Assembly (NCBI GenBank): GCA_039630055.1
Contig: JBCNVN010000002.1
Span: forward strand, 1-64,000
Direction: 5' to 3'
Source of the DNA: Candidatus Caldarchaeales archaeon
Lineage (GTDB): Archaea > Thermoproteota > Nitrososphaeria_A > Caldarchaeales > Wolframiiraptoraceae
DNA length: 64,000 nt
Positions within the stretch are counted from its first letter, which is position 1. Each line of letters starts with the position of its first letter. Below the pieces are notes generated by a model. That model was not told where the DNA came from, ran no database searches, and saw only the letters and a list, made by a program, of their open reading frames with translations. The position numbers and the translations under genes were made by a program. This document shows, piece after piece, positions 21,188 to 31,972 of the stretch.

Positions 21188-21562
21188 CTACTTTGTCTCC
21201 ATCATATCTAATATAGCTTTACCTTCACTTTCCTCTAGACTAAGACCCTTCCTCTCTAGGAAGGAGAACTTCTTAGAGGCTTCAGTAATCTTTGAGATGT
21301 TCTTCCATTCAACTTTAACTTGAGAAGGGTTTTTCCTCCCTAATGCATATGGATCGATGTTCATTATTCCTTCTGTCTCTGCATAAAATGGTCCATGAAG
21401 GGTGTCGGTATCGATATTGTGGAGAAAGATTATATCGCCTTTCTTGATCTCTTTAACCTCCTTCCATAATCTTGAGGGTGCTCCAACCAGCTTCTTCTGA
21501 AGACATTCCTCTTCCAATTCTCTAGTACATGTAAACTTCCAGAATCTAACCATCTCACCCAT
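21188..21562 (-). CDS. Stand-alone DCD (PUA/EVE-like) domain protein
   Basis: CTRELEEECLQKKLVG, GDIIFLHNIDTDTLHGPFYA, GIMNIDPYALG..PSQVKV match the DCD-domain pattern. Confidence 0.7.
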   Translation of the reverse strand: MGEMVRFWKFTCTRELEEECLQKKLVGAPSRLWKEVKEIKKGDIIFLHNIDTDTLHGPFYAETEGIMNIDPYALGRKNPSQVKVEWKNISKITEASKKFSFLERKGLSLEESEGKAILDMMETK

Positions 21563-22108
21563 CCTCTCAACCTCTACACTCTAGAGAGCGTATAAGATTT
21601 TAATAAGCAATCCTGTATAAAAATTCTACCTATAAATCGTTCCATCTATGCATGACTAGTAACATCTTAGTATCGATCTTATACTTTTAGACTTAATCTA
21701 TAGGTTATCAATGGGTTAACATCAATTGATGCCGTGGACTTTTAAGTTTAGAGTCTTCACAAATTCTATCATTGTCAGTATAGATATCTCGAGAACATTC
21801 ATATGCTCTTAATGAATTATATTCGTATTCAACTAAACTTCTTCACTCTTGAATATAGAACCTGTGAAGAGTCGACCCTTCTATAAGGATGACCTTAAGG
21901 TTAGAATGATTCTCTCATATAATTTGGTTCGGCTTAGCCTTTAGTATAGTGGTCTTGCCATTATATGAGAGAGTCTAGAACCATGATCTATAATGTTACA
22001 TGACTGAAAGCCTGATGGGCTGTACTTCATCATTCTGTTAATGAAGATAACATATCTTTTCCAGATTTGAGTACAATGTTTATATGGGGGGATAATTATG
22101 ACTATGGC

Positions 22109-22408
22109 ATGAGTAGAGAATTATCTCTAGAGGAATTTAAAGAAGCTTGGAAGGAGCTTGAAGTAAGAGAAGCTAAGGAAGGATTCATAGCACATTTAAT
22201 TGCTTATATTGTTGTAAATGCTTTTATAGCATTCATAAATTTATGGGCTTCACCTAGAGAGATATGGTTTGTATGGCCTCTAGCAGCCTGGGGGATAGGG
22301 CTGGTTTTTCACTATGCATACAGTAGACCTAGATACGTAGTTGATAGTGTAGAAAAGAAGACAGCGGTTATTGAGTCTCTAGCAAAGAAGTTGAGAGAAC
22401 AAAAATAA
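22109..22408 (+). CDS. 2TM domain protein
   Basis: GFIAHLIAYIVVNAFIAFINL..WFVWPLAAWGIGLVFH. Confidence 0.8.
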   Translation: MSRELSLEEFKEAWKELEVREAKEGFIAHLIAYIVVNAFIAFINLWASPREIWFVWPLAAWGIGLVFHYAYSRPRYVVDSVEKKTAVIESLAKKLREQK

Positions 22409-22520
22409 TCTCTACGTTTAAATAGAGATTTTAGATAAGTCATCGAGTTATTGGATCTTCGATGATCTACTGTTTAATACATAGATGTAGGATCATTGTT
22501 AAAGCAAGAATGTAGTAATG

Positions 22521-23912
22521 CTATAATCCATATTCTTCATGTATTGCTCTAACCGCCTCAGGACCATCTTCTTCTTTTACAACAAATGAGATATTGAGCT
22601 CTGAAGATCCTTGAGCAATCATCCTGATGTTTATTCCTCTTTTAGCTACTGCTCCGAAGACTTTGCTCGCTACACCTGGAGTTCCTTTCATCCCCTCACC
22701 TACTACTGCGACGACGCTTACATCGTCTTCAACTTCTATATTTTCTATTAGACCACTACCGAGAAGTGCTGTCTCAAGCCTACTCAACGCCCTATTTAAT
22801 GAGCTTCTCCTAATTACTAGAGATACACTAGACTCAGAGATACTCTGAGAGATCATCATAACGTTTATGTTCTCTTTAGCTAGTGTTTCAAGTATCTTGA
22901 CCACTGTTCCAGGTCTTCCAACCATACTGGCACCTCTTATACTCAGCATCCCAACATCTTTTACCAAGAGCACAGCCTTCACAAGAGTGTTACTCTTCTC
23001 AGGCTTAGAGATTATAAGAGTGCCGGGAGCCGTCGGGTTAAAGGTATTCCTTATCCTAACTTTTATATCCGATTTCATAGCTGGCTCAAGAGCTTTTGGA
23101 TGTAGACCCTTGGCCCCGAAGATAGCCATCTCTATCGCTTCATTGAATGAGATAGTGGGGAGTACATGTGAATTCTTGACTATCCGGGGGTCGGCTGTCA
23201 TCAAACCATCTACATCGCTCCAGAGCCAGACTTCATCAGCGTCTAGACATTGTCCAAGTATTGTCGCAGTATAATCGCTTCCACCTCTACCAAGAGTTGT
23301 AATAACACCCTCTTCATTTACTGCGATATATCCTGTTACTATGGGGGTTACACCTTTATCTAGAAGTGGGCCTACCCTTCTTTTAACCTCCAACTTTGTA
23401 ATCTCCATTAATGGATTTGCCTCTCCAAAGTTTGAGTCGGTTACTATACCCGCATCTCCACCATCAAGATACTTACAGTTCTCTCCCATCTCTGTTAAGA
23501 CTCCCCACATGATTCTCGTCGAGAGCCTTTCACCAAAAGAGACTACATAATCTCTAGATCTAGGGGTTGCTTCTCTTAGATAGAGGATGCTTTTAACAGC
23601 TCTCTCCAAGTCTTCGATCAGCTCTTCCACCATGCTTCTAACCTCAGCTCTTACTCCATTATCTTCTATTCCTTCTTCTACAGCCTTCATATGTCTATCT
23701 CTAAGCTCGTTCAATAAAGTCTCAACATCTCTTACCCTACCTCTTGATGCTTTATCTACTAGCGAGAATAGTTTATCTGTTACCCCAGCCATCGCTGAGC
23801 AAACTACTATAATCTCGTTATCATCGAGATAACTCTTCACAATCTTTGCAGCATTCTTTATCTTTTCACCATCTCCAAGAGAGGTCCCACCAAACTTCAT
23901 CACGATCCTCAT
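22521..23912 (-). CDS. lysC: Aspartate kinase
   Basis: VMKFGGTS, VVCSAMAGVTD, SFGERLS, TTLGRGGSDYTA, C-terminal ACT domains. Confidence 0.95.
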   Translation of the reverse strand: MRIVMKFGGTSLGDGEKIKNAAKIVKSYLDDNEIIVVCSAMAGVTDKLFSLVDKASRGRVRDVETLLNELRDRHMKAVEEGIEDNGVRAEVRSMVEELIEDLERAVKSILYLREATPRSRDYVVSFGERLSTRIMWGVLTEMGENCKYLDGGDAGIVTDSNFGEANPLMEITKLEVKRRVGPLLDKGVTPIVTGYIAVNEEGVITTLGRGGSDYTATILGQCLDADEVWLWSDVDGLMTADPRIVKNSHVLPTISFNEAIEMAIFGAKGLHPKALEPAMKSDIKVRIRNTFNPTAPGTLIISKPEKSNTLVKAVLLVKDVGMLSIRGASMVGRPGTVVKILETLAKENINVMMISQSISESSVSLVIRRSSLNRALSRLETALLGSGLIENIEVEDDVSVVAVVGEGMKGTPGVASKVFGAVAKRGINIRMIAQGSSELNISFVVKEEDGPEAVRAIHEEYGL

Positions 23913-23915
23913 CTG

Positions 23916-24932
23916 TTAGCTCACCTCAATTAATCTCTTCTTTATCTCGATCAAGTCTCTTATAATTGCTGTGGCCGTCTCTCTTCCTCCCGCCCCTCTG
24001 CCGAGGATTATGTGGCGTCCAGAGTTCATAGCTGTAAATGAGACAGCGTTAAGAGAGTATCTAACAGCTAATGGATCTCCAAGATTAATCTTAACGGGTT
24101 TAACCTCAAGTCCACCATCAACTCTGCCTATCAATCTATATGTCTCACCCGACCGTATCGATTCTTCCAAATCTCTTCTAGTCAAGTCTTCTATTCCCTG
24201 AATACTGACATCTCTTATCGTTACTCTTAACCCTAGTACTTCATTTGCTAATATTGTGAGCTTGGCTGCAGTGTCCAGTCCCATGATATCGAGGCTTGGA
24301 TCTTTCTCGGCGTAACCTTTCTCTTGAGCTTCCGCTAATGCTTCATGGAATTCTAAGCCATCCTCCATCCTAGTTATGATATAGTTTGTAGTTCCATTGA
24401 GTACGCCTTCAACTTTAATTATCTTATCTCCCTTAGCACATTCTCTCGCAAACTCTATGACTGGTAGACCTCCACCAACAGATCCGCTAAACTTGAATAG
24501 AACACCTTTATACTGGGCCAGCTCCTTCAATGCAGGTAATGCTAGGGCCAGCGGCCCCTTGTTTACTGTAACGACATGGATTCTCTGCGTTAATGCTTTC
24601 TTGATGTATGTGTAGCTTGGTTCACCATCTTTTAGATTCGTTGGGGTTGTATCTACTAGAACATCGGCTTCAACCTCATCTAGTAAGTCTTCAACAGACT
24701 CTCCAGGTCTTCCCAGATCACTATGAGATGAGATAGAGCCATACCTTTTCTTCACCCTCAGCATTTCTTCCAGGTCTAGCCCCTTCTCATCTACAGCTGC
24801 TCCACCACTATCTACAATTGCTACTATCCGCGTGTTTAATCCTTCCATCATCCTAAGCTCTTCGCTAAGCTCTATCAATACTTCTGCAAGGCTTCTTCCA
24901 ACTACACCGAAGCCTGCCATAATTATCCTAAT
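23916..24932 (-). CDS. hom: Homoserine dehydrogenase (probable ATT start; ATG alternative at 24920)
   Basis: GFGVVG, VVTVNKGPLA, SVGGGLP, GVLNGTTNYI, GRGAGGRETA; SD GGAGGTGAT precedes ATT AGG ATA ATT ATG. Confidence 0.93.
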   Translation of the reverse strand: MRIIMAGFGVVGRSLAEVLIELSEELRMMEGLNTRIVAIVDSGGAAVDEKGLDLEEMLRVKKRYGSISSHSDLGRPGESVEDLLDEVEADVLVDTTPTNLKDGEPSYTYIKKALTQRIHVVTVNKGPLALALPALKELAQYKGVLFKFSGSVGGGLPVIEFARECAKGDKIIKVEGVLNGTTNYIITRMEDGLEFHEALAEAQEKGYAEKDPSLDIMGLDTAAKLTILANEVLGLRVTIRDVSIQGIEDLTRRDLEESIRSGETYRLIGRVDGGLEVKPVKINLGDPLAVRYSLNAVSFTAMNSGRHIILGRGAGGRETATAIIRDLIEIKKRLIEVS

Positions 24933-25115
24933 GGTCGATCACCTCCAAAATGATGTTTGATCGTAAGGTTTCTCGAGAGATCTGGGATAGAGTGTCTAAG
25001 GTATGGTTTGATAATCCCCTTTCATCACACCTTCATTTATCTGGTCGAGGGATATTATTTAAGGATTTCTTTGTAGAAAAAGTCATTTACTCCTTAAATT
25101 AATCTTATTCAAGAT

Positions 25116-25937
25116 ATGTTTGATGGATTACTTCTGGGGTTCTTATCTGGACTGGTCCAAGGAATTACTGAGTGGCTTCCGATAAGTAGTAAGACCCTAT
25201 TGTTCTTCATCTATTATGCATGGGGAGTATCAGCAGTCGATTCATATATCTTAAGCATAGTTCTCAATGGATCGACAGGCATCGCTCCAATAATCTATTT
25301 TAAGAAAGAGCTATCGAGGATGGTGAAGAAGTTTCCCGAGATATTCTCGGGAAGGGAGGATGGTGACTTAAAAGTTGTCAAGTTTCTATTATTTTCCAGT
25401 ATCGTTACAGGATTGGTAGGGGTGCCTTTATCTCTGATCCCCTTGAGCATACTGACCAATCTAAGTGCTAGAAGCACTTTAATCATGATAGGTACCCTCT
25501 TACTTTTAACCGCTCTATTAAATCTCTGGAGGATGAATATAGATAAAGAAGAGAGAAGATTTTACGATGTAAGGATGAAAGATGCCTTGATAGTAGGCTT
25601 CTCTCAAGCATTCTCTGTACTTCCAGGGATCAGTAGGAGCGGTATAACCATCTTAACACTAGTATTACTCGGCTTCAAGGTCGAGGACTCATTAATCTTA
25701 TCCTTTCTAATGAGTATACCAGTTACTCTGGGAGGCAGTCTATACATGTACTTGGCCTCGCCGAGGGTCTTGGGATCGCTCCAACCGTACGAGTTGCTGA
25801 TACCCATAATAACCGCATTAACCATCTCGATACCCGTAATATCATTCTTGATAAAACTATCGAAAAGATTTAAAGCCCACATATTCTTATTCGGATTATC
25901 TATTTTAACAATCTTATCTGGATTGTTCTCCACCTAA
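25116..25937 (+). CDS. uppP: Undecaprenyl/polyprenyl-diphosphate phosphatase
   Basis: VQGITEWLPISS, PGISRSGIT, SFLMSIP. Confidence 0.9.
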   Translation: MFDGLLLGFLSGLVQGITEWLPISSKTLLFFIYYAWGVSAVDSYILSIVLNGSTGIAPIIYFKKELSRMVKKFPEIFSGREDGDLKVVKFLLFSSIVTGLVGVPLSLIPLSILTNLSARSTLIMIGTLLLLTALLNLWRMNIDKEERRFYDVRMKDALIVGFSQAFSVLPGISRSGITILTLVLLGFKVEDSLILSFLMSIPVTLGGSLYMYLASPRVLGSLQPYELLIPIITALTISIPVISFLIKLSKRFKAHIFLFGLSILTILSGLFST

Positions 25938-26019
25938 TATTATCTCATTTACACGTCTTAGAGTAGATCTTGAGAATTTCGGCAATAATATTGGAGAAAA
26001 AAATGATGGAGATAACGAT

Positions 26020-27075
26020 CTATGGCTTTACATAGATCTTGGGAGCTCCTATCTTCATCATTCTCCTAATCTTCGATAATACTTGCTCTCTCCCACCTAC
26101 GAAACCTACCAGTTCATATTCTATAGTTGAGAAAGCTTTTCCACCTAGATTCATTGCTGGAATAAGCTGGAGTTCGATCTCACCAAATCTAACATCAGGA
26201 AAAGCTTCTGGACCAGAGTTATATGATTGAATAGCTCCTCTTAATCCTTCTGGATTAAGTCTAGGAACATCTAAACAATCTTCTTGTCTTACTGGTATAT
26301 CTCTAGTCGAGAGCATGAGCATATACCATCTCCTCGAACCGATCTTTGTAACGTAACTTATCATAGCCGTATTAGGGTCTCTGAAATCTTCGGGCTTAAC
26401 ACCTATCTTGGAAGCAAGACCACCATCGATCTTAAATGCTATATGATCTGATTTCACTGTTAATCTCTCTCGAGGGATTTCAATGAAGTAGTGGATAGGT
26501 TGAGCTTCAGGTTTAACCGGGATTAATACTGTTCCAACACCTGCATCAGTTATCGGTACTTGTGCTAGAACCCATAAATTAATAAGTGATGGATAATCGA
26601 CTATCAATCCTTCTCGGATCCTTATCTTAACCATGTCCCTATATGTTTCTAGGAGTTCGATCTCCTTCTTTATATATCCTCTTAAATCTATGTTATGAAG
26701 CATATCATGTGCCGAAATCTCTCCTTCTAAAACAACCTTACTATCTTTAAACTCTACAATTCTATAGACTCCTGGATCGAGAGTAGGAGGGCAGAACCAT
26801 TCCCTGAAGTTCTCTGGATCTCTATAGAAGAAGTTTCTTTCAGGAGAGATCCAGGTTCTTAATCCACCTTGATTCCACTCACCTGTTCTGAGAATCCTTC
26901 CAATATCTGGATGAACCCATAGAAGATTCGGACTCTCTGCAATCGATATCCATATGACTCTCCCCCCTCTCTCCTCCACTATAACCTTTACATCTTTCTT
27001 CTCAAGTACAACAGTTTTCGTAAAATTATTCAAAGTCTCAGACAACTCTTCAAATTTCATCATACTTACATTCAA
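26020..27075 (-). CDS. Conserved hypothetical protein (possibly DUF6786/mutarotase-like beta fold)
   Basis: Long ORF with host-like codons; WNQGGLRTWISPE, QSYNSG..FGEIE; T-run after stop on the minus strand. Confidence 0.6.
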   Translation of the reverse strand: MNVSMMKFEELSETLNNFTKTVVLEKKDVKVIVEERGGRVIWISIAESPNLLWVHPDIGRILRTGEWNQGGLRTWISPERNFFYRDPENFREWFCPPTLDPGVYRIVEFKDSKVVLEGEISAHDMLHNIDLRGYIKKEIELLETYRDMVKIRIREGLIVDYPSLINLWVLAQVPITDAGVGTVLIPVKPEAQPIHYFIEIPRERLTVKSDHIAFKIDGGLASKIGVKPEDFRDPNTAMISYVTKIGSRRWYMLMLSTRDIPVRQEDCLDVPRLNPEGLRGAIQSYNSGPEAFPDVRFGEIELQLIPAMNLGGKAFSTIEYELVGFVGGREQVLSKIRRMMKIGAPKIYVKP

Positions 27076-28032
27076 AGCTATGCATTTAAAAGTTTTTAGT
27101 CCAACTATAATCCTGGGAAAGATCCATTAAATTATAGTATAAAACAAACTCTATTCAGGGTATCGTCGTTGATGCTGCCTTTGGCTGTTAAGAGAGATAG
27201 AGGTGAGGAATCATCTACACCTTGGAAGATTTCCGTAAGTTTTTTATAGTCTGGAGAAACAGTAGATTTATCAAGAATCTGAAAAGATGGTTGAGGATAG
27301 GATTCTCGAGGGATCATTAGGAGACTAGCTTCACGTTATCCAACTCCGGAGTTTCTCTATATATTACCATATATCATGATACTAAATTGGCTATGATAGT
27401 ATATTAATAAAGATGGCTGATGGGGTTCATGCCGGCTGACTCCTGTCCAGAGGAAATTGCGATACCATCCTCTAAATAATTTTTCATAAAGTTTTTGAAC
27501 TCTTCTCATACCTACTGTTTTTCCTACTCTAATAGACCTATTTCCAACGTTTTGTAACATCATCTCTTCAAGAAATTCGAATAGAGGATCTAATTCCAAA
27601 TCTTCTATGGATGAGCTTATAGTTGTAATCGTATACATATATGTGCCTATAAAGTTGTTCTATCTTAAAATTCCTTACCCGGTAGAGTGATAGAAGATAT
27701 AGCTGTTTTACTCCTTGTATAATCCGCTAACACATTCTAAACCTCTACTATAGATGAAATTTCTCAGCGTTAAAGTTGGATGGTTATTCTCTAGTCAGAG
27801 GCCGATAGATTTTTCAACTCTTTTTCAGATTCCACTACATCGATCTATCAAACTCCTATACCATTCTTTATTCTATTTCTTGAGAAGTTCTAGAACCCAG
27901 CTCATTAATCCTCTGGATATAACCTCTTCTATCCTCCTCCATAAAACTATTCAAATTGTTCAACGCCAGATTTTTAGCAATAGCCTATACGTAAAGTTTT
28001 ATATGCTTTGTAGTATCTCTATTATGATGTAG

Positions 28033-28287
28033 ATGAGTATCTTAACCTTGACCAGAATAATCTCTCGCATGGGTGTACGGCTGACCAGACCGGAGATCGA
28101 AGAACTATATTATGAATTGTTAACATATTTTGGATTGATTGGTGCAAGAGATGAGTGTCAGGCTTTAGAGAGTGCATGGAATGATCCATATAATAGACGT
28201 TTAATAGAAGAATTTATAGAAGCATGGTTGAAGAAGAGGAAGAAAAGAGAAGCAGTATTCAAGTATGCGGGAAGTTATCATCGATAA
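28033..28287 (+). CDS. Small hypothetical protein
   Basis: 84-aa ORF preceded by TATA-like TTTTATAT at ~27997; protein-like composition. Confidence 0.55.
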   Translation: MSILTLTRIISRMGVRLTRPEIEELYYELLTYFGLIGARDECQALESAWNDPYNRRLIEEFIEAWLKKRKKREAVFKYAGSYHR

Positions 28288-28333
28288 ATATTTATCGACT
28301 AGTTAGATTGGATTAACTTCGTGGAAACTCTTC

Positions 28334-28468
28334 CTAAAGTATTCTATGAGATTTGTATATTGAATCTAGAAGTGGATACAGCTGGTCTCCTGGTACTCCA
28401 AAAACATATCTTACACCTTCTTGAACTAAGCACCTCTTTAATACTTCTCCACCTGTTAAACGAGCCAT
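28334..28468 (-). pseudogene. Truncated thiamine-diphosphate enzyme (IlvB/acetolactate-synthase-like N-terminus)
   Basis: MARLTGGEVLKRCLVQEGVRYVFGVPGDQLYPLLDSIYKSHRIL* (44 aa; absent from the ORF track). Confidence 0.8.
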
Positions 28469-28587
28469 AATTCTTCAACTAATATTTTCATTTCGTATGT
28501 ATTAGGATTTTTATCTGTAGATTAGATAATACTGGAGGACAGCATCTTTTAAAAGATTTTTAAATTATCTCAAGTTATTTTTATAGT

Positions 28588-29292
28588 TCACGCTCCTCTA
28601 AGTATTCTCATAACTTCTTGATCGGCTAATAATTCATTCGGGCCTCCTTTAAAGATTATTTCACCTCTTTCTAAAACATAGAGTTTCTCTGCTATTCTCG
28701 TTGCTATCATAACATTAGATTCAGCGATGATAACTCCTATCCCTTGCTTCTTTATCATATCGATTGCATTCTTGAATCTTTCTACAACTATTGGTGCTAA
28801 TCCTTCCAGTGCTTCATCTAAGAGAAGATATTTCGGTAATGTTGCTAAACTTCTAGCTATAGCAAGCATCTTCTTCTCTCCTCCACTTAAATAGAAGCCT
28901 TCCCTATCTAGAAACTGTTTTATCTCTGGAAAGATCGTTAAGATCATGTCCATTATATCATCAAGTTTATTTAGATTTTTAGATAGATATGCTGCTAGAT
29001 AGATGTTCTCCTTTGTAGTTAGCCATGGAAAGATCCTCATATCTTCTGGAACATATCCTAAACCATTCATTACTCTTTTATATGAAGGCAGTCTTGTAAT
29101 ATCGTGATCTTCTATCAATATTCTTCCTTTCAATGGTTTATATATTCCTATAATGGATTTAAATGTACTTGATTTACCTGCTCCATTCCTACCAACGATG
29201 GCTACAACCTCATCTCTTCCAGCTTCAATAGAGACCCCTCTCAAGATATCGTTGTTTGATATTCTTAAGAATAAGTCTTCTACCTTAAGCAT
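28588..29292 (-). CDS. livF: Branched-chain amino acid-type ABC transporter ATPase
   Basis: GRNGAGKSS, LSGGEKKML, LLDEALEGLAP. Confidence 0.9.
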   Translation of the reverse strand: MLKVEDLFLRISNNDILRGVSIEAGRDEVVAIVGRNGAGKSSTFKSIIGIYKPLKGRILIEDHDITRLPSYKRVMNGLGYVPEDMRIFPWLTTKENIYLAAYLSKNLNKLDDIMDMILTIFPEIKQFLDREGFYLSGGEKKMLAIARSLATLPKYLLLDEALEGLAPIVVERFKNAIDMIKKQGIGVIIAESNVMIATRIAEKLYVLERGEIIFKGGPNELLADQEVMRILRGA

Positions 29293-30037
29293 AGACTCCA
29301 CCTAGAAGTACTTTCCTAACTTCTTCATTTTTCTTGATTTCTCCTGCTTCTCCATCAGCAATTATTCTTCCTTGATGCATAACTATTATCCTTTTTCCAT
29401 ATCTGAAGACGATGTCCATATCATGTTCAATTATTATACTAGTTACTCCAGTTTTCTTAATTACATCTAATATCTTCTCCATGATGTAATCTTTATCTTT
29501 TGTTGCCACACCACTAGTCGGTTCATCTAACATTATTAACTTTGGATTCAGCGCAAAAGAGATAGCTACATCTACGAGTTTTCTATCACCGTATGAGATA
29601 TTAATGATGTTTTCATCAGCTTTATTACTTAACTCGAAGAGTTTTAAAATATTCTCTGCCTCTTCTAATGCATCTGCGTAATTATCTAATATTTTTCCGA
29701 ATCTGTATTGATACTTCTTCCTAGAGAGTATAGATATCAATATATTCTCGTAAACTGATAATCTATTAAATGTGTTTACGAGCTGGAAACTTCTTACAAT
29801 TCCTTTACTAACCCTCTCCAATGGAGGAGAACGAGTGATATCTTCGTTTATATATATAACTCTTCCATCATCTGGGTAGAGATAACCACTTATAACATTT
29901 ACTAGAGTCGTCTTACCTGCACCATTTGGTCCAATAATCATTACAACCTCTCCTTCATGGAGTAGGGTTGAGATGTTATCTAAAGCTTTAACACCTCCAA
30001 AGCTTTTTCTTAAGTTTAATAATTTTAATACTTCCAT
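29285..30037 (-). CDS. livG: Branched-chain amino acid-type ABC transporter ATPase
   Basis: FGGVKAL, GPNGAGKTT, RSFQ, LDEPTSG, IEHDM. Confidence 0.9.
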   Translation of the reverse strand: MEVLKLLNLRKSFGGVKALDNISTLLHEGEVVMIIGPNGAGKTTLVNVISGYLYPDDGRVIYINEDITRSPPLERVSKGIVRSFQLVNTFNRLSVYENILISILSRKKYQYRFGKILDNYADALEEAENILKLFELSNKADENIINISYGDRKLVDVAISFALNPKLIMLDEPTSGVATKDKDYIMEKILDVIKKTGVTSIIIEHDMDIVFRYGKRIIVMHQGRIIADGEAGEIKKNEEVRKVLLGGVYA

Positions 30038-30039
30038 AT

Positions 30040-31041
30040 CTATCCACCTATTCTTCTACGAGAACTACCTATAGATTCTACTACTGTTCTTATTACTTGA
30101 GTGACTCCGCCGGGCATTAATATAACTATAGCGATAATGAATACCCCCATAACCAATTGCCAGTAAATGAACCTCATCGCAAAGCTTTCTATTACATGGA
30201 AGACAAAAGACCCTATTATTGGTCCGATAAATATTCGTGCTCCACCTAGTAATGTTGCAAATACAACTTTTCCAGATGTAGTCCAATAAGCAATATCTGG
30301 GGTAACTAATCTATGGTGATCTGTGGTTAACGCACCTGTAATGCTTGCGTATATAGCTGAGATAACAAAAGCGTAAAGTCTTGCTTTGTATATATCTATC
30401 CCTATAAATTTCGCTCTTACTTCATTATCTCTAATCGATTTAAGTGTGAGACCGAATGGGGAGTTTACGATTCTCCACATTATGTAAACTAAGATCAAGG
30501 TTATGCATGTAACAAAGTAGAAGTATATGTGATGATAAGTCGCAAAATCTAGACCTTCTAAAGAAATTCCTAGAATTGAGAACCTTGCAACTTTTATCCC
30601 ATCTGTCCCTCCCGTAACCCAGTAAAACTTATAATATAAGCTCCAGAATATCTGAGCTATTGCTAACATAAAGATGGCAAAGAATATTCTAGTATATCTA
30701 ACTACTATGGGGCCGATGAGCAGAGCAAGTATTGTAGAAGATAGAACACCGCCTAAGATATGTAGCTCAATGTTATTTATTCCTAGATACTTATACATGA
30801 ACCCTGAACTGTATGCCCCTATTCCTAGGAACAATGCATGTCCAAAGCTTAGCAGTCCAGTGTATCCAAATAGGAGATTGAACCCTATTAATGCGCTTAC
30901 CCATGTTATTCCATGACCTAAAATTACACCCCAACCTGGCGAGATCGTATAGACTATTGGATAGATAATGGCAACGAGCATTAACAAGATAAAGTTTGTT
31001 TTTATATCATCTCCGAAAAATCTTTTTAATCTTTCTACCAT
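30040..31041 (-). CDS. livM: Branched-chain amino acid-type ABC transporter permease
   Basis: GYTGLLSFGHA, TGGTDG, SPFGLTLKSIRDNE, LLGG..FIGPIIG. Confidence 0.9.
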   Translation of the reverse strand: MVERLKRFFGDDIKTNFILLMLVAIIYPIVYTISPGWGVILGHGITWVSALIGFNLLFGYTGLLSFGHALFLGIGAYSSGFMYKYLGINNIELHILGGVLSSTILALLIGPIVVRYTRIFFAIFMLAIAQIFWSLYYKFYWVTGGTDGIKVARFSILGISLEGLDFATYHHIYFYFVTCITLILVYIMWRIVNSPFGLTLKSIRDNEVRAKFIGIDIYKARLYAFVISAIYASITGALTTDHHRLVTPDIAYWTTSGKVVFATLLGGARIFIGPIIGSFVFHVIESFAMRFIYWQLVMGVFIIAIVILMPGGVTQVIRTVVESIGSSRRRIGG

Positions 31042-31934
31042 TTCTTTCCACCTCCTAGCCCCTCTGGTTTCAATGTGAGTATAATTATAGCGACTATGTA
31101 GATTAATGCGAGTTCGAGTTCTGGGAATAGAATTAGAGTTATCGTTCTTAGTATGCTTACGATGAAGGCTCCTATAAGAGATCCGAGGAAACTACCTAAT
31201 CCACCTATTACTACAACTACAAATGCTAAAACTAGAAGTTCTACAGACATACCTAACATTGCGGAAGTAGATGGTATGAAGAGCCCTCCACCCAACCCTG
31301 CTAAAAAGCTTGCAAGTAATACTGTTACCAATAATACTTTTCTAATATTAGCACCTAAAGCTGCTGCCATCTCTATATCCATTGATGAAGCTCTGACGAG
31401 CAGTCCGATTCTAGTCTTAAATAAGAATACCCATAGAGCTAGAGCGATAATCAATGCTGAGAAGATTACATAGATATTGTAAAGTGGGACAAGATACTCA
31501 CCTATAGATGAGGAGCCCGCTAATTCATATGGTTGCGAAGCTCTAAGAGGCTCGGAACCCCATACTACTCTGAAAGCATCTTCAAATATTAAGAGAAGCC
31601 CATAAGTTATAAGAAGCTGTACTTCATCGCCTTTCCCACTCATAAATAGAAATAGTGGAAAAATGAGTAGTGAAGAAACTGCTACTATTAATGCTGCAAA
31701 AAGTGGAGGCGTTATGAGAAGCGGTATGAGAGAAGAACCGAATATGTTTATTATTATCCCCATGCCTAGTCCTGCAATAGTATAGCAACCTAGTACAAAG
31801 AATGCTGGATGTGCTAGATTTACAATCTTCATTACACCGTAGATAATGTTCAACCCTACTGCTATCAAGAATAGTATCGAGGCGCCGAAAAAAATATTGT
31901 AAATTCTTATTAGTATATCTGCTATCTCTATCAT
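31035..31934 (-). CDS. livH: Branched-chain amino acid-type ABC transporter permease
   Basis: IAVGLNIIYGVMKIVNLAH, TRIGLLVRA, FVVVVIGGLGS, KPEGL. Confidence 0.9.
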   Translation of the reverse strand: MIEIADILIRIYNIFFGASILFLIAVGLNIIYGVMKIVNLAHPAFFVLGCYTIAGLGMGIIINIFGSSLIPLLITPPLFAALIVAVSSLLIFPLFLFMSGKGDEVQLLITYGLLLIFEDAFRVVWGSEPLRASQPYELAGSSSIGEYLVPLYNIYVIFSALIIALALWVFLFKTRIGLLVRASSMDIEMAAALGANIRKVLLVTVLLASFLAGLGGGLFIPSTSAMLGMSVELLVLAFVVVVIGGLGSFLGSLIGAFIVSILRTITLILFPELELALIYIVAIIILTLKPEGLGGGKKW

Positions 31935-31972
31935 AAGCTATCGTGCCTCTCGACCTGCTGAATTATTTTTGC

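Noticed and set aside
22440-22496. Imperfect inverted repeats between the convergent 2TM and lysC genes
   Set aside because: Short arms built from the abundant GATC/TCGA words; a terminator role is unsupported.
27132-27638. Two in-frame minus-strand ORFs separated by stop codons
   Set aside because: Could be a pseudogene, but no family signal was recognised.
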